Below, piece after piece: positions 30,470 to 43,499 of a DNA stretch of 64,000 nucleotides (positions are counted from its first letter, which is position 1; the number at the start of each line of letters is the position of its first letter). The notes below the pieces were generated by a model, which saw only the letters and a list, made by a program, of their open reading frames with translations, had not been told where the DNA came from and ran no database searches. Where the stretch lies: the NCBI GenBank assembly GCA_009694265.1, contig SHVM01000001.1:29229-93228 (forward strand), written 5' to 3'. Origin of the DNA: Pseudolabrys sp. (GTDB taxonomy: Bacteria; Pseudomonadota; Alphaproteobacteria; Rhizobiales; Xanthobacteraceae). A program made the translations under genes and the position numbers.

Positions 30470-30855
30470 AGAAGCCTCAGATGCGCACGCCGATGCGCCG
30501 CGTCCGCGGTCTGGGCGCGGCCCATTCCGGCACCGGCGATTTCTGGCATCAGCGCGTGACCTCGGTCGCCGGCATTCCGCTGACCATCGCGCTGATCGTC
30601 ATCGTCATCGCGCTGCTCGGACGAAGTCACGCGGCGGTGGTGCAAATTCTCGGTTCGTCGATCGTCGCCATCGTCATGCTGCTGTTCATCATCAACATGG
30701 CCTATCACATGTGGATCGGCATGAAGGAAATCATCATCGACTATGTACACGCCGATACACTCAAGCATGCGACGCTGATGGCGAATACGTTCTTCTCCTT
30801 TGCCGTCGCCTTCGCCTCCGCCTTCGCCATTCTCAAGCTTTCGTTCGGGGTCTAG
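30466..30855 (+). CDS. sdhD: Succinate dehydrogenase membrane anchor
   Basis: GLGAAHSGTGDFWHQRVT, HMWIGMKEIIIDYVH; ATGA overlap. Confidence 0.95.
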   Translation: MKKPQMRTPMRRVRGLGAAHSGTGDFWHQRVTSVAGIPLTIALIVIVIALLGRSHAAVVQILGSSIVAIVMLLFIINMAYHMWIGMKEIIIDYVHADTLKHATLMANTFFSFAVAFASAFAILKLSFGV

Positions 30856-30858
30856 CGC

Positions 30859-32703
30859 ATGGCGGCTAATGAAAAATCGAATGGCGCGCCATCGGCAAAT
30901 AGACCTGGGGTCAATGGCCACGCCTATCCGATCGAGGATCACAGTTACGACGTGGTGGTGATCGGCGCCGGCGGCTCCGGTCTGCGCGCCGTGGTCGGCT
31001 GCAGCGAGGCCGGCCTACGTACCGCCTGCATCAGCAAGGTGTTCCCCACCCGCTCGCACACCGTGTCGGCGCAAGGCGGCATCGCCGCTGCTCTCGGCAA
31101 TATGGGCGAGGACGACTGGCGCTGGCACATGTACGACACGGTCAAGGGCGCCGATTGGCTCGGCGACCAGGACGCCATCGAATATCTCTGCCGCAATGCG
31201 CCCGACGCGGTCTACGAGCTGGAGCATTGGGGCCTGCCGTTCTCGCGCCGCGTGGAAGACGGTAAGATCTATCAGCGCCCGTTCGGCGGCATGACCACGC
31301 ATTACGGCAAGGGCACCGCGCAACGCACCTGCGCCGCCGCCGACCGCACCGGCCACGCCATGCTGCACACCATGTATGGCCAGGCGCTCAAACATGCGGC
31401 CGAGTTCTACATTGAATATTTTGCCCTCGATCTGATCATGGAAGACGGTCGCTGCCGCGGCGTGGTGGCGCTCAATCTCGACGACGGCACCATTCATCGC
31501 TTCAGCGCCAACATGGTCATCGTCGCCACCGGCGGCTATGGGCGGGCTTATTTCTCCTGCACCTCGGCGCATATCTGTACCGGCGACGGCAATGCCATGG
31601 TGCTGCGCGCGGGCCTGCCGCTGCAGGACATGGAATTCGTGCAATTCCACCCGACTGGAATTTATCCGGCGGGCTGCCTGATCACCGAGGGTTCGCGCGG
31701 CGAAGGCGGTTATTTGGTCAATTCCGAAGGCGAGCGCTTCATGGAGCGCTACGCGCCGTCAGCCAAGGACCTAGCCTCGCGCGACGTGGTCTCGCGCGCC
31801 ATGACCATCGAGATACGCGAAGGGCGCGGGGTCGGCAAGGACAAGGACCATCTCTTCCTGCACCTCGAACATCTCGATCCCGCGGTGCTGCATGAACGCC
31901 TGCCCGGGATCGAGGAATTGGCGCGCATCTTTGCCAATGTCGATATCTCACGCGAGCCGATCCCGGTGCTGCCGACCGTGCATTACAACATGGGCGGGAT
32001 CGCCGCGAATTTTCACGGCGAAGCGCTGACCAAGAAGAACGGCGAAGCCGACAGCGTCATCCCCGGCCTGATGGCGCTGGGCGAGGCCGCCTGCGTGTCG
32101 GTGCACGGCGCCAACCGGCTGGGCTCGAATTCGCTGATCGATCTGGTGGTATTCGGCCGCGCCGCGGCGCTGCGTTGCGCCGAACTGCTCACGCCCGGCG
32201 ACAAGCAGCCCACACTGCCGAAGGATTCCGCCGATCTGGCACTGTCGCGGCTCGACAAATTCCGCAACGCCGCAGGCTCCACGCCGACCGCGCAATTGCG
32301 GCTCAATATGCAGAAGGTGATGCAGAACAATTGCGCGGTGTTTCGCACCGGCGAAGTTCTCGACGAAGGCCACAAGCTGATCCATGACGCCCATGCCGGC
32401 CTGGCCGACGTCCACACCACCGATCGCTCGCTGATCTGGAATTCCGATCTGATCGAGACGCTTGAGCTCGACAACCTCATGGCGCAAGCGATCGTCACCA
32501 TGGATTCGGCGCGCAACCGCACCGAAAGCCGTGGCGCCCATGCGCGCGAGGATTTCCCAGAACGCGACGACAAGGATTGGATGAAGCACACGCTGGCCTG
32601 GATGGACGACAAGGGAAAAGTGAAAATCGACTATCGTCCGGTCCACGCCTACACGCTCACCAATGACATCGCCTATATCGAACCGAAAGCGCGCGTCTAC
32701 TGA
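30859..32703 (+). CDS. sdhA: Succinate dehydrogenase flavoprotein
   Basis: [16 protein letters not shown] (covalent-FAD His), QFHPTG, HYNMGG, HGANRLG. Confidence 0.98.
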   Translation: MAANEKSNGAPSANRPGVNGHAYPIEDHSYDVVVIGAGGSGLRAVVGCSEAGLRTACISKVFPTRSHTVSAQGGIAAALGNMGEDDWRWHMYDTVKGADWLGDQDAIEYLCRNAPDAVYELEHWGLPFSRRVEDGKIYQRPFGGMTTHYGKGTAQRTCAAADRTGHAMLHTMYGQALKHAAEFYIEYFALDLIMEDGRCRGVVALNLDDGTIHRFSANMVIVATGGYGRAYFSCTSAHICTGDGNAMVLRAGLPLQDMEFVQFHPTGIYPAGCLITEGSRGEGGYLVNSEGERFMERYAPSAKDLASRDVVSRAMTIEIREGRGVGKDKDHLFLHLEHLDPAVLHERLPGIEELARIFANVDISREPIPVLPTVHYNMGGIAANFHGEALTKKNGEADSVIPGLMALGEAACVSVHGANRLGSNSLIDLVVFGRAAALRCAELLTPGDKQPTLPKDSADLALSRLDKFRNAAGSTPTAQLRLNMQKVMQNNCAVFRTGEVLDEGHKLIHDAHAGLADVHTTDRSLIWNSDLIETLELDNLMAQAIVTMDSARNRTESRGAHAREDFPERDDKDWMKHTLAWMDDKGKVKIDYRPVHAYTLTNDIAYIEPKARVY

Positions 32704-32740
32704 CGCGAAAGCTTAACCGAACAAACCGCGGATCGCCGAC

Positions 32741-33520
32741 ATGGTCGAATTCACCCTGCCGAAAAACTCCAAGATCGCCGAGGGCAAGACTTGGCCGCGT
32801 GCGCCACATGCGACGCATGTGACCGAATTGCGCGTCTATCGCTGGAACCCGGATGACGGCGAAAATCCGCACGTGGACACCTACAGCGTCGACCGCGACG
32901 ATTGCGGGCCGATGGTTCTCGACGCACTGATCTGGATTAAGAACAACATCGATCCGACGCTCACCTTCCGCCGCTCCTGCCGCGAAGGCGTGTGCGGTTC
33001 CTGCGCCATGAATATCGACGGCACCAATACGCTGGCCTGCACCAAGGCGATGGACGATGCCAAGGCGCCGCTGAAGATCTATCCGCTGCCGCACCAGCCG
33101 GTGGTGAAAGATCTGGTGCCGGATTTAAAGAATTTCTACGCGCAATACGCTTCCATTGAGCCCTGGCTCAAGACCACGACGGCAACACCCGAGAAGGAAT
33201 GGAAGCAAAGCCACGAGGACCGCAGCAAGCTCGACGGCATGTACGAATGCATTCTGTGCGCTTGCTGCTCGACCTCGTGCCCGAGCTACTGGTGGAATCC
33301 GGATCGCTACCTCGGTCCGGCGGCGCTGCTACAGGCCAACCGCTGGATCCAGGACAGCCGCGACGAGGCGACCGGCGACCGGCTCGACAATCTCGAGGAT
33401 CCGTTTCGGCTTTATCGCTGCCACACGATCTTGAACTGCTCGAAAGCCTGCCCGAAGGGTCTCAATCCGGCCAAAGAAATCGCGGTGCTGAAAAAGGCCA
33501 TGGTCGACCGGCAGCTCTGA
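32741..33520 (+). CDS. sdhB: Succinate dehydrogenase iron-sulfur subunit
   Basis: [32 protein letters not shown]. Confidence 0.98.
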   Translation: MVEFTLPKNSKIAEGKTWPRAPHATHVTELRVYRWNPDDGENPHVDTYSVDRDDCGPMVLDALIWIKNNIDPTLTFRRSCREGVCGSCAMNIDGTNTLACTKAMDDAKAPLKIYPLPHQPVVKDLVPDLKNFYAQYASIEPWLKTTTATPEKEWKQSHEDRSKLDGMYECILCACCSTSCPSYWWNPDRYLGPAALLQANRWIQDSRDEATGDRLDNLEDPFRLYRCHTILNCSKACPKGLNPAKEIAVLKKAMVDRQL

Positions 33521-33595
33521 CAACCGCTTCTGAAATCGCGCTTAAGATTGATCCGGTTGTAGCGCTGACGCAATCTTGCCGCTCCGGGGGCGCCG

Positions 33596-33730
33596 ATGCG
33601 TTTCCTGCAGATGCGTAAGATCGCCGAGGAGATCGCCGGCAAGCAGCACCGCGGTCTGCCGCTGGTGCCGGAGTTGAGGGTGACGCAGGTGCAGACCGAG
33701 CCCGCGGTGGAGAACGAGAATAATAACTAG
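33596..33730 (+). CDS. Candidate 44-aa small ORF not in the ORF track
   Basis: MRFLQMRKIAEEIAGKQHRGLPLVPELRVTQVQTEPAVENENNN; only 5 codons end in A/T, like the host genes; no clear SD. Confidence 0.35.
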   Translation: MRFLQMRKIAEEIAGKQHRGLPLVPELRVTQVQTEPAVENENNN

Positions 33731-33757
33731 CGTCAATTGCCGGCGATCCGCGCAAAG

Positions 33758-34186
33758 TTAATCGCATTTCTTGGCGAGGCAGAGCTTTTCCAATTCCGGG
33801 AACGGTTTGTAGGCGGCCTTGGCGCATTGGCCCTTGTCCGCCTCGACCAGTTGGTTGAGGTGGCCGGCATAGAAATAGCCGATACGGTCCGTGCTGCCCA
33901 TGTAGCGGCGGTTTACGTCACGCGCATTGTAGCGGACACAGACGGTGTAGCGCTGATCCCTGCTGCCCGGCGCGAGCGCGGGCTCGGTGATAAAAGCTTC
34001 ACGCACATTGGTTGGATCGATGAGCATGCGCGTCATCGTATCGAGAATTTCCTGCTTGTAATTGGTAGGCAAAATATTGGGATTCTCCTCGGCCTTCTTG
34101 CCGTCCGACGAACAGGCGGCGAGTGCCACGCCAAGGGCCAAGCCAATAGGCGCAACCAATCGCAAGCTTGCTGTGTTGCTACCCAT
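33758..34186 (-). CDS. Hypothetical lipoprotein
   Basis: Lipobox LAAC after a hydrophobic stretch; extra Cys residues. Confidence 0.75.
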   Translation of the reverse strand: MGSNTASLRLVAPIGLALGVALAACSSDGKKAEENPNILPTNYKQEILDTMTRMLIDPTNVREAFITEPALAPGSRDQRYTVCVRYNARDVNRRYMGSTDRIGYFYAGHLNQLVEADKGQCAKAAYKPFPELEKLCLAKKCD

Positions 34187-34215
34187 CGGATGCCACCGCA
34201 TCATGGCGTCTCCGT

Positions 34216-35460
<1,245 letters not shown>

Positions 35461-35626
35461 TGGATTAACCGTGGTGAAACGCAAAATTGCGCGGACTATA
35501 GGGCCAAAGGTAAACGGCGCAAAGTGCGCGTTGCGAATTAACCTCACTCGGTAATCCCGCTACTCCGCCCCTGCCCCTTGCGATAATCGTGCATGCAAGC
35601 CGGGTCGTCAGCATTGGGGCAGATCG

Positions 35627-36514
35627 ATGTCAAAAGTTAACGTCACTATCGCCGCAGCTCTTGCAGGCGCTGTGCTCTTCGTTGCCGCGCCGGCTTTCGC
35701 CGCTCAGTGCAATCATAAAGGCGGCTTCAATAGCTTCATTGCCGACTTCAAGAAGGAAGCCGCTTCCAAGGGCATCTCGAAGAAGGGCCTCGCCGCTCTC
35801 GACGGGTTAAGCGTCGACGACAAAGTGCTGGCCGCCGACAGGCGGCAGCATGTGTTCAAGCAAAGCTTCGAGCAGTTCTCCGGCCGCATGATCTCGCGCG
35901 ACCGGCTGACCAAGGGCGCCAAGATGTTGCAGCAGCACGCTGCGACCCTCAAGCGCATCGAGCAGCAATACGGCGTACCGGGCCCGGTCGTGATCGCGAT
36001 CTGGGGGCTGGAAACCGATTACGGCATCAACCAGGGCAAGATGTCGGTGGTGCGCTCGGTCGCGACGCTGGCCTATGACTGCCGCCGCACCGATAAGTTC
36101 CAGGCCGAACTGGCCGACGCGCTGCGCATCATCGACCGCGGCGACATGGCCTCGGCCGACATGAAGGGCGATTGGGCCGGGGAGATCGGCCAGACCCAGT
36201 TCTTGCCGTCGTCTTACGTGAAATATGCCGTCGATTTCGATCGCAAGGGCCGCCGCGATCTGGTGCGCAGCGTGCCGGACGTACTCGCTTCCACCGCCAA
36301 TTATCTCAAGGGCCACGGCTGGCAGCGCGGCCAGGGCTGGGGCCCGGGCAAGCCGAATTTCTCCGTGATCCAGGAATGGAACAAGGCGGAGGTCTACGCC
36401 AAGACTATCGCGCTGTTTGCCGACAAGCTCGATGGCGGGCGCTCGGTCAAGGGCGCGGAAAAAGAGCTGGAAAATAAAAAGACCGGTCAAAAGGACAAGC
36501 GCGCGCAGCGCTAA
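35627..36514 (+). CDS. Lytic murein transglycosylase (MltB/SltB-like)
   Basis: Signal peptide, IWGLETDYG (catalytic Glu), WAGEIGQTQFLPSSY, STANYL. Confidence 0.9.
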   Translation: MSKVNVTIAAALAGAVLFVAAPAFAAQCNHKGGFNSFIADFKKEAASKGISKKGLAALDGLSVDDKVLAADRRQHVFKQSFEQFSGRMISRDRLTKGAKMLQQHAATLKRIEQQYGVPGPVVIAIWGLETDYGINQGKMSVVRSVATLAYDCRRTDKFQAELADALRIIDRGDMASADMKGDWAGEIGQTQFLPSSYVKYAVDFDRKGRRDLVRSVPDVLASTANYLKGHGWQRGQGWGPGKPNFSVIQEWNKAEVYAKTIALFADKLDGGRSVKGAEKELENKKTGQKDKRAQR

Positions 36515-36565
36515 GCTGCACCGGCAGTATTCGATATTTATCGCCGAGCATTACGCCCGGCGATT

Positions 36566-37336
36566 TTATTTTCGCTTGCGGCCAAACCACCCAACGATGA
36601 AATCATAGCCCGGCATCGCGATGCGCTCGATGGCGCGCTCGACGCGCTCGTCGGTGAAACGCGTGCGCGGCCAGCGGTAGATCAAGCCGTAACCGATCCA
36701 GATGATCAGAAACGTGAAAATGCCGGCGAATACCACGTCGGAGACAAAATGCCCGCCCGCCATCACCCGCATGGCGGCCATGCCCGTGCCCAGCATGAGC
36801 GCGGCGCCATAGGCTAGCGCGCGCCATTGCGGCGGCGCCAGCGCCGCCGGTGCGATGGTCCAGAATGCGCCGGCAACGTCGCCGGATACGAACGAACAGT
36901 TGTTCAGGCAGGCGCCGCGCGAATCCCACCAAGCGACGAAATGATCGGTGCCGCCAAATTGCGTCACGTCGATTGGCCGTGGCCGATCCCAGTGATCCTT
37001 GAGCAGGACATTGACCAAGAGACCAGGCGCCAATGCCATTGTCGCGACCAGGAACACAGTCGCGCGCCCCGAGATCAACATTTCTCGTTTTGGCAAAATA
37101 AATTTGACCAACAGCGCCGCCACTGCCGGCGCGATCAGCAAGGCTCCGATCCAAAGCCCGGCGTCGCGCGCCATCATCAGCGGTGGATAAATTCGCCAGG
37201 AAAAAACATTGCGGCTGGCGTCGACAAATCCATAGAAGTAACGCGCGACGCGCAAGTCGAGCTCCGGATAGAAACCGAACACCAGGCCGGTGGCGGCGGC
37301 GATAATCAGCGCGACGATCAGTCCGGTTCGACTCAT
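36566..37336 (-). CDS. PAP2-family membrane phosphatase (LpxE/LpxF-like)
   Basis: KDHWDRPRP, SFVSGD, RVMAGGHFVSD motifs; multi-TM. Confidence 0.85.
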   Translation of the reverse strand: MSRTGLIVALIIAAATGLVFGFYPELDLRVARYFYGFVDASRNVFSWRIYPPLMMARDAGLWIGALLIAPAVAALLVKFILPKREMLISGRATVFLVATMALAPGLLVNVLLKDHWDRPRPIDVTQFGGTDHFVAWWDSRGACLNNCSFVSGDVAGAFWTIAPAALAPPQWRALAYGAALMLGTGMAAMRVMAGGHFVSDVVFAGIFTFLIIWIGYGLIYRWPRTRFTDERVERAIERIAMPGYDFIVGWFGRKRK

Positions 37337-37767
37337 GCGCGTTCACGCCAGCGGCCGGCAATCACCCAATAGACCAGGCCAAACACGACGCCGGCAGCGG
37401 CGGCGATCTCGGCATCGCGCGAGATCGGCGGCGGCCGGTCGATCGATTCCTCATAAGACCGTGACTGTCCGCTGCCGTAAAACCCAAGCAGCAACAGCAC
37501 CGCGCCAGCCGCCGCATGCACCAGCAGTGAACGGATTTTGAAGGCCTCGGCGATCACAATCAGAATCACCAATGGCAACAGGCCGATCGCGCCGGTGAGG
37601 CTGGCGCCGACAAACGCTGTGCCCCAGAACACGAAGCGCTCTCCGACATCGCCGCTGAAACCGTGCCATTCCGGCCCGAGCAGCCCCATGGCGATGGCGA
37701 TGCCGACGGCCAGGCTCGCCAGCATAACGGCGAAAATTATGACGATGATGCGGCCGAGGAGTGCCAA
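37333..37767 (-). CDS. Hypothetical membrane protein
   Basis: Four hydrophobic segments; stop overlaps the PAP2 start (ATGA). Confidence 0.75.
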   Translation of the reverse strand: MALLGRIIVIIFAVMLASLAVGIAIAMGLLGPEWHGFSGDVGERFVFWGTAFVGASLTGAIGLLPLVILIVIAEAFKIRSLLVHAAAGAVLLLLGFYGSGQSRSYEESIDRPPPISRDAEIAAAAGVVFGLVYWVIAGRWRERA

Positions 37768-37770
37768 GCT

Positions 37771-39006
37771 CTAATCCACCATCGCCATCGCGCGCAGCGC
37801 CATGCGCTCGCGTGCGGACAGCTTCTCGGTCGCGCTTTTGAGCTGGCCGCAGGCGGCGAGAATATCGCGTCCGCGCGGCGTGCGAACCGGCGAGGCGTAG
37901 CCAGCGTCGAACACCACAGCTGAGAATTTCTCGATCTGCTCCCAGTCCGAGCATTCGAATTTGCTGCCAGGCCAGGGATTGAACGGAATGAGATTGATCT
38001 TGGCCGGGATACCTTTCAGCAGCCGCACCAGCGCTTTGGCATCCTCAATCGAATCATTGACGCCTTTGAGCATGACGTATTCGAAAGTGATGCGCCTGGC
38101 GTTGGAGACGCCGGGATAATTTCGGCACGCATCCATCAGCACGGCAATCGGATATTTGCGATTGAGCGGCACCAGCTCGTTGCGCAACTCGTCGCGCACC
38201 GCATGCAGCGACACCGCCAGCATGCAGCCGATCTCGGCGCCGGCCCGTTCGATGTTCGGTACCACGCCGGAGGTCGACAGCGTGATGCGGCGCTTGGAAA
38301 TACTAAGGCCGTCGCCATCCGACACAATAAGCAGCGCGTCGCGCACCGCGTCGAGATTATAGAGTGGCTCACCCATGCCCATCATGACGACATTGGTGAC
38401 GCAACGCTCTCCGCTTGGTACCACGCCGTCGGTCGGCCTTGTCGCGCCCGGCCAGTCACCCATACGGTCGCGCGCCACCATCACCTGGCCGGCGATTTCG
38501 CCAGCGGTGAGATTACGCACCAGCCGTTGGGTGCCGGTGTGACAGAACGTGCAGGTGAGCGTGCAGCCGACCTGGCTTGAGACGCACAGCGTGCCGCGTT
38601 CGGTGTCGGGAATGTAAACGCATTCGACTTCGTGCGGACGCTCGCCTTGCACCTCGCCCGGCAGCCGCAGCAGCCATTTGCGCGTGCCGTCGACCGAGAC
38701 CTGCTCGGCCACCACTTCGGGGCGCGCCAGCGTGAAGCGCTGCGCCAACTCGGCACGCAATTCCTTCGACACGCTGGTCATGGCGTCGAATTCGGTGAAA
38801 CCGCGGAAATATATCCAGTGCCACAACTGCTGCACGCGCATCTTGCGCTGCGCCTCAAGCACGCCGGCTTGCGCCAGCGCATCGGCAAGCTCAGCACGCG
38901 ACAGCCCGATCAGCGACGGCTTTTCGGGCGCGACATAACGCTCGAGCGGCGTCTTCTCGACGAAGGGTGCCGCCGATTCCAGTGTAATGTCGACTGTGCT
39001 GGCCAT
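37771..39006 (-). CDS. rlmN: Dual-specificity RNA methyltransferase RlmN
   Basis: [29 protein letters not shown]. Confidence 0.97.
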   Translation of the reverse strand: MASTVDITLESAAPFVEKTPLERYVAPEKPSLIGLSRAELADALAQAGVLEAQRKMRVQQLWHWIYFRGFTEFDAMTSVSKELRAELAQRFTLARPEVVAEQVSVDGTRKWLLRLPGEVQGERPHEVECVYIPDTERGTLCVSSQVGCTLTCTFCHTGTQRLVRNLTAGEIAGQVMVARDRMGDWPGATRPTDGVVPSGERCVTNVVMMGMGEPLYNLDAVRDALLIVSDGDGLSISKRRITLSTSGVVPNIERAGAEIGCMLAVSLHAVRDELRNELVPLNRKYPIAVLMDACRNYPGVSNARRITFEYVMLKGVNDSIEDAKALVRLLKGIPAKINLIPFNPWPGSKFECSDWEQIEKFSAVVFDAGYASPVRTPRGRDILAACGQLKSATEKLSARERMALRAMAMVD

Positions 39007-39069
39007 GAGATCAGGTCGCCCGTGTCCGCGTGGTTCGCGGTGCTGACGACAATATAGGGCGCGGACGCC

Positions 39070-39627
39070 CTACTTGCACTCCGCCGCCGCCTTGTCGATC
39101 GCGTCGGAAACGCCCTTGAGCGAATAGGTGTCGGTGGTCTTGGTGCCGCGGCCAGACTCACTCTTGATCACCAGGTCGCTGCCCTTGCGCATGGCTTCGA
39201 CCAACTGAGCCTCTTCGGCGGCGTTCTTGACCCAGGCGCCGTCGTTCTGGGTGGACATCACGTAGCTGGCCGTGCCGATGGTCGCGCTCGCATCGTGACT
39301 GGGCTTTTGCGGATAGCCGACGATCACCGATACCTCATTCCTCACTTTTTCGGCCGGGCGGGTCGAAATAAAGGCGTAGGAGGGATCGCGGTTGCGACCG
39401 GCCGGCTCGGTTGTCACCGAGGCCGGCTTTGCCAGCGCGAAACAGATTTTCTTGCCGCCCGGCGTCGCCTTGTAGGCGCCCCAGTCGCCGAATTGCCCGA
39501 GCAGCACGGCCTGCTCGGTCGGGTCGCCCTTGGCCGGTTTCTTCTGTGCCAAAGCGGCAGTCGACGCTGCGCAGACAGACGCCGCCAGCATGACAATCGC
39601 GGTGCGAAGCAAAATCGTGGTGTTCAT
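39070..39627 (-). CDS. Invasion-associated locus B (IalB)-like exported protein
   Basis: Signal peptide, FGDWGAY, SGRGTKTTDTYSLKG; usual position upstream of rlmN. Confidence 0.8.
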   Translation of the reverse strand: MNTTILLRTAIVMLAASVCAASTAALAQKKPAKGDPTEQAVLLGQFGDWGAYKATPGGKKICFALAKPASVTTEPAGRNRDPSYAFISTRPAEKVRNEVSVIVGYPQKPSHDASATIGTASYVMSTQNDGAWVKNAAEEAQLVEAMRKGSDLVIKSESGRGTKTTDTYSLKGVSDAIDKAAAECK

Positions 39628-39820
39628 CGGTCCCTACAGGTCACATCGGGCTGCGGCACAGACGCCGCCCCCTCATCAGGAATCGGGTGGATATTAGCCC
39701 AATATGAGCGAATATCGGCAATGTGAAGGCGGCGCGCTAGCGGGCGAAAGTTAACGGCACATGCCCGATGATTGCAACAGCCGTGTTAGAATTCCTGCCG
39801 CCGCAAACCCCCGGACCGCC

Positions 39821-40795
39821 ATGAAGGCCCTACTCTGCACCCGCTACGGCACGCCCGATGACCTTGAGTTCGCCGATATAGACGAGCCGAAGGCGGGGCC
39901 CGGCGAGGCAGTGGTGAAAATCCACGCCGCGGCGCTGAATTTTTTCGACACGTTGATCATCGCTGGCAAATACCAGTTCAAACCGGCACCGCCGTTTTCG
40001 CCGGCCGCGGAATTTGCCGGCACCGTGGAGAGCCTCGGCGATGACGTCACCTCGATCAAAACCGGCGAACGCGTGGTCGGCTACATGACCTACGGCGCCG
40101 CGCGCGAACGTGTTGCGATCGCCGCCGATAACCTGATACGGATTCCGGATGCGCTCGACTTCGACCGCGCCGCCGGCGTCTGCATTACCTACGGCACCAC
40201 ACTGCATGCGCTGAAAGACCGCGCCGCGCTGAAATCCGGCGAGACGCTCGCCGTGCTCGGCGCATCGGGCGGCGTCGGTTTGGCCGCGATCGAACTCGGC
40301 AAGATCATGGGCGCGCGTGTGATCGCCTGCGCGTCATCGGACGAGAAGCTCGCCTTCGCGCACAAACATGGCGCCGACGACGGCATCAATTACGCCAAGG
40401 ATGACCTGAAGGAAGCCCTGCGGCACGTCACGCAAGGCCGCGGCGCCGATGTCATCTACGATCCGGTTGGCGGCCGCTACACCGAGCCAGCCTTGCGCTC
40501 GATTGCCTGGCAAGGACGCTTCCTGGTGGTTGGTTTCGCCGCCGGAGACATTCCCAAACTGCCGCTTAATCTCGTATTGCTGAAGGGCTGCGACGTGCTC
40601 GGCGTGTTCTGGGGCGGCTTCATCGACCGCGATCCGCAGGGCCACCATGCCAACACGCGGCAACTGCTCGAATGGTGCGTGCAGGGAAAAATCTCTTCGC
40701 ACGTGCATTCCACCTATCCGCTGGCGGAAGGGCCGGCCGCGCTCAAAGCGATCGCCGCGCGTCAGGTGATGGGAAAAGTAATCCTGCGGCCTTAG
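39821..40795 (+). CDS. NADPH:quinone oxidoreductase (zeta-crystallin/MDR family)
   Basis: LGASGGVG, YDPVGG, VGFAAG, GKVIL. Confidence 0.92.
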   Translation: MKALLCTRYGTPDDLEFADIDEPKAGPGEAVVKIHAAALNFFDTLIIAGKYQFKPAPPFSPAAEFAGTVESLGDDVTSIKTGERVVGYMTYGAARERVAIAADNLIRIPDALDFDRAAGVCITYGTTLHALKDRAALKSGETLAVLGASGGVGLAAIELGKIMGARVIACASSDEKLAFAHKHGADDGINYAKDDLKEALRHVTQGRGADVIYDPVGGRYTEPALRSIAWQGRFLVVGFAAGDIPKLPLNLVLLKGCDVLGVFWGGFIDRDPQGHHANTRQLLEWCVQGKISSHVHSTYPLAEGPAALKAIAARQVMGKVILRP

Positions 40796-41142
40796 AGCCC
40801 ATCCAGCTTGTTGCGCGCGGCATCCCGATGCGTGGGAAGTATGTGGCTCGAAACCAGCTTGATTGCCGCCGCCAGTACCGCGGCATCGTCGGTGAAGCCA
40901 AGCACCGGCAGCAGATCGGGAATCGCATCGATCGGCAACACGAAATAGGCGATGGCCCCGACCAGCGTCGCCTTCACCTGCAGCGGCGTATGGCGGTCGA
41001 AGGCGCAGTAATAAGCGGCCAGCAAATCTTCGGCGAACGGGATGTGCGCGATAACGCGGCGCGTCTTGCGCCAGAAGCTGCGCTGCAACGCGCCATCGCC
41101 GCTGTGATCCCGCCGCCAGAATGCTGCCCGTACGAATGCCAT
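40792..41142 (-). CDS. YkvA/DUF1232 family protein
   Basis: AIAYFVLPIDAIPDLLPVLGFTDDAAVL. Confidence 0.9.
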   Translation of the reverse strand: MAFVRAAFWRRDHSGDGALQRSFWRKTRRVIAHIPFAEDLLAAYYCAFDRHTPLQVKATLVGAIAYFVLPIDAIPDLLPVLGFTDDAAVLAAAIKLVSSHILPTHRDAARNKLDGL

Positions 41143-41191
41143 CGGGTTTATTTGGTGGGCGATTTATGCGGGCGCAAGGTGGTCAAACGGC

Positions 41192-41482
41192 TCACCCCGC
41201 CAATTTCTCCATCACCTCGGCGAGCTTGATGTCGAGCTCGGTGACGCCACCGGCGTCGTGGGTGGAGAGCGTCACCTCCACCGTCTTGTAGACGTTGAAC
41301 CACTCCGGGTGGTGATCCATTTTCTCCGCCACCAGCGCCGCCCTGGTCATAAAGCCGAAGGCCTGGTTGAAATCCTTGAAGAGGAATTTCTTGGTGATCG
41401 CATCGCGGCCGGCCACCTCGGCCCAGCCGGACAGCTTGCTCAAAGCCGCCTTGCGGGCATCTGCCGTCAATTTCTGCGCCAT
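41192..41482 (-). CDS. phhB: Pterin-4a-carbinolamine dehydratase
   Basis: [32 protein letters not shown]. Confidence 0.93.
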   Translation of the reverse strand: MAQKLTADARKAALSKLSGWAEVAGRDAITKKFLFKDFNQAFGFMTRAALVAEKMDHHPEWFNVYKTVEVTLSTHDAGGVTELDIKLAEVMEKLAG

Positions 41483-41663
41483 GGGGTCCCTCATTCAACG
41501 AACGCGCGACCTGTATTTTAGGTCCCTGCCAATATTACCGTAGAAACGGCCCAAACAGGGCTTAACCACCCGACCTTTGGCCGGTTGCGTCCGGGGGGTT
41601 AATTACTATATTCCACGCGAGTCGCGGGCCCATCTGGGCCCGCGCTTGGTTTCCGGAACCCTT

Positions 41664-43499
41664 ATGAACATTCGCAATATCGCCATCATCGCGCACGTCG
41701 ATCATGGCAAGACCACCCTGGTCGACCGGCTGCTGCAGCAATCGGGCGCCTACCGCGAGAACCAGCGCGTGGTCGAACGCGCCATGGATTCCAACGACCT
41801 CGAACGCGAGCGCGGAATTACCATCCTGGCCAAGGCAGCCTCGGTGCTCTGGAAAGACACCCACATCAATATCGTGGACACGCCGGGTCACGCCGATTTC
41901 GGCGGCGAAGTGGAACGCATTCTCAATATGGTGGACGGCGCACTGGTACTGGTCGACGCCGCCGAGGGTCCGCTGCCGCAGACCAAGTTCGTGGTCTCCA
42001 AAGCTCTCAAGATGGGCCTCAAACCCATCGTCGTCATCAACAAGGTGGACCGCGCCGACGCGCGGCCGATCGAAGTCGTCAATGAAGTATTCGACTTGTT
42101 CGCGGCACTCGACGCCACCGACGAGCAACTCGATTTCCCGATCCTGTACGGCTCGGCCAAGCAAGGCTGGATGGCGACGACCCTGGAAGGCTCGCACGAC
42201 GACGGCATGCAGCCGCTGTTCGATCTCGTCCTTAGTCACGTCAAGCCGCCAGTGGTCGAAGCCGGCCCGTTCCGCTTGCTCGGCACCATTCTGGAAGCCA
42301 ACCCTTATCTCGGCCGCCTCGTTACCGGCCGCATCACCTCCGGTTCGGTAAAACCCAACCAGTCGGTGAAAGTGCTCGACCATGACGGCAAGCTGATTGA
42401 GAGCGGCCGCATTACCAAATTACTGGCGTTCCGCGGGCTTGAGCGCGTGCCGGTGGAAGAGGCGGAGGCCGGCGATATCGTCGCCATCGCCGGACTGCCG
42501 AACGCGACCGTCGCGATGACGATCTGCGATCCGTCGGTGGATACGCCGATACCGGCACAGCCAATCGATCCGCCGACGCTGGCGATGACGTTCCGCGTCA
42601 ACGATTCCCCTCTCGCCGGCACCGAAGGCACTAAAGTCACCGGCCGCATGATCCGCGACCGGCTGCTGCGCGAGGCTGAAGGCAATGTGGCGCTGCGCGT
42701 GCGCGAATCCGACGACAAGGACGCGATGGAAGTTGCCGGCCGCGGCGAATTGCAGCTCGGCATTCTGATCGAGCAGATGCGACGCGAGGGTTTCGAACTT
42801 TCGGTTTCACGGCCGAAGGTGCTGATGCGCGAGGACCCCAAGACCGGTGAGACGCTAGAACCGATCGAGGAGGTCGTCATCGACGTCGACGAAGTTCATT
42901 CCGGCATCGTCGTGCAGAAGATGTCGGAACGCAAAGCTGAGATGCTGGAGATGCGGCCATCCGGCGGTCACCGGCTGCGGCTGGTGTTCCACGCACCGAC
43001 ACGCGGGTTGATCGGCTATCAGGGCGAACTGCTCACCGACACGCGCGGCACTGCCATCATGAACCGGCTGTTCCACGCCTACGGGCCGCATAAGGGTCCG
43101 ATCCAGGGCCGCCGCAACGGCGTGCTGATCTCCAACGATCAGGGCGAGGCGGTCGCCTACGCGCTGTGGAATCTGGAAGACCGCGGCCCGATGATGATCG
43201 AGCCGGGCTGGAAGGTCTACCGCGGCATGATCGTCGGTGAGCATACCCGCGACAATGATCTCGTGATCAACGTGCTCAAGGGCAAACAGCTCACCAATAT
43301 CCGAACCACCTCCAAGGACGAGGCGGTCCGCCTCACCCCGCCGATTCGTATGACGCTGGAAAAAGCGCTCGCCTATATCGAGGACAATGAGCTGGTCGAG
43401 GTGACGCCGAAGTCGATACGTCTGCGCAAGAGACTGCTGGATGAGACCGACCGCAAGCGCGAAGACCGGGCGAAAACAGCCGCCACCGAGACGGTGTAG
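41664..43499 (+). CDS. typA: Translational GTPase TypA/BipA
   Basis: [44 protein letters not shown]. Confidence 0.98.
   Translation: MNIRNIAIIAHVDHGKTTLVDRLLQQSGAYRENQRVVERAMDSNDLERERGITILAKAASVLWKDTHINIVDTPGHADFGGEVERILNMVDGALVLVDAAEGPLPQTKFVVSKALKMGLKPIVVINKVDRADARPIEVVNEVFDLFAALDATDEQLDFPILYGSAKQGWMATTLEGSHDDGMQPLFDLVLSHVKPPVVEAGPFRLLGTILEANPYLGRLVTGRITSGSVKPNQSVKVLDHDGKLIESGRITKLLAFRGLERVPVEEAEAGDIVAIAGLPNATVAMTICDPSVDTPIPAQPIDPPTLAMTFRVNDSPLAGTEGTKVTGRMIRDRLLREAEGNVALRVRESDDKDAMEVAGRGELQLGILIEQMRREGFELSVSRPKVLMREDPKTGETLEPIEEVVIDVDEVHSGIVVQKMSERKAEMLEMRPSGGHRLRLVFHAPTRGLIGYQGELLTDTRGTAIMNRLFHAYGPHKGPIQGRRNGVLISNDQGEAVAYALWNLEDRGPMMIEPGWKVYRGMIVGEHTRDNDLVINVLKGKQLTNIRTTSKDEAVRLTPPIRMTLEKALAYIEDNELVEVTPKSIRLRKRLLDETDRKREDRAKTAATETV

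Noticed and set aside
33542-33736. Minus-strand 64-aa ORF from the track
   Set aside because: TTG start without SD; the plus-strand frame 33596-33730 has the better codon bias.
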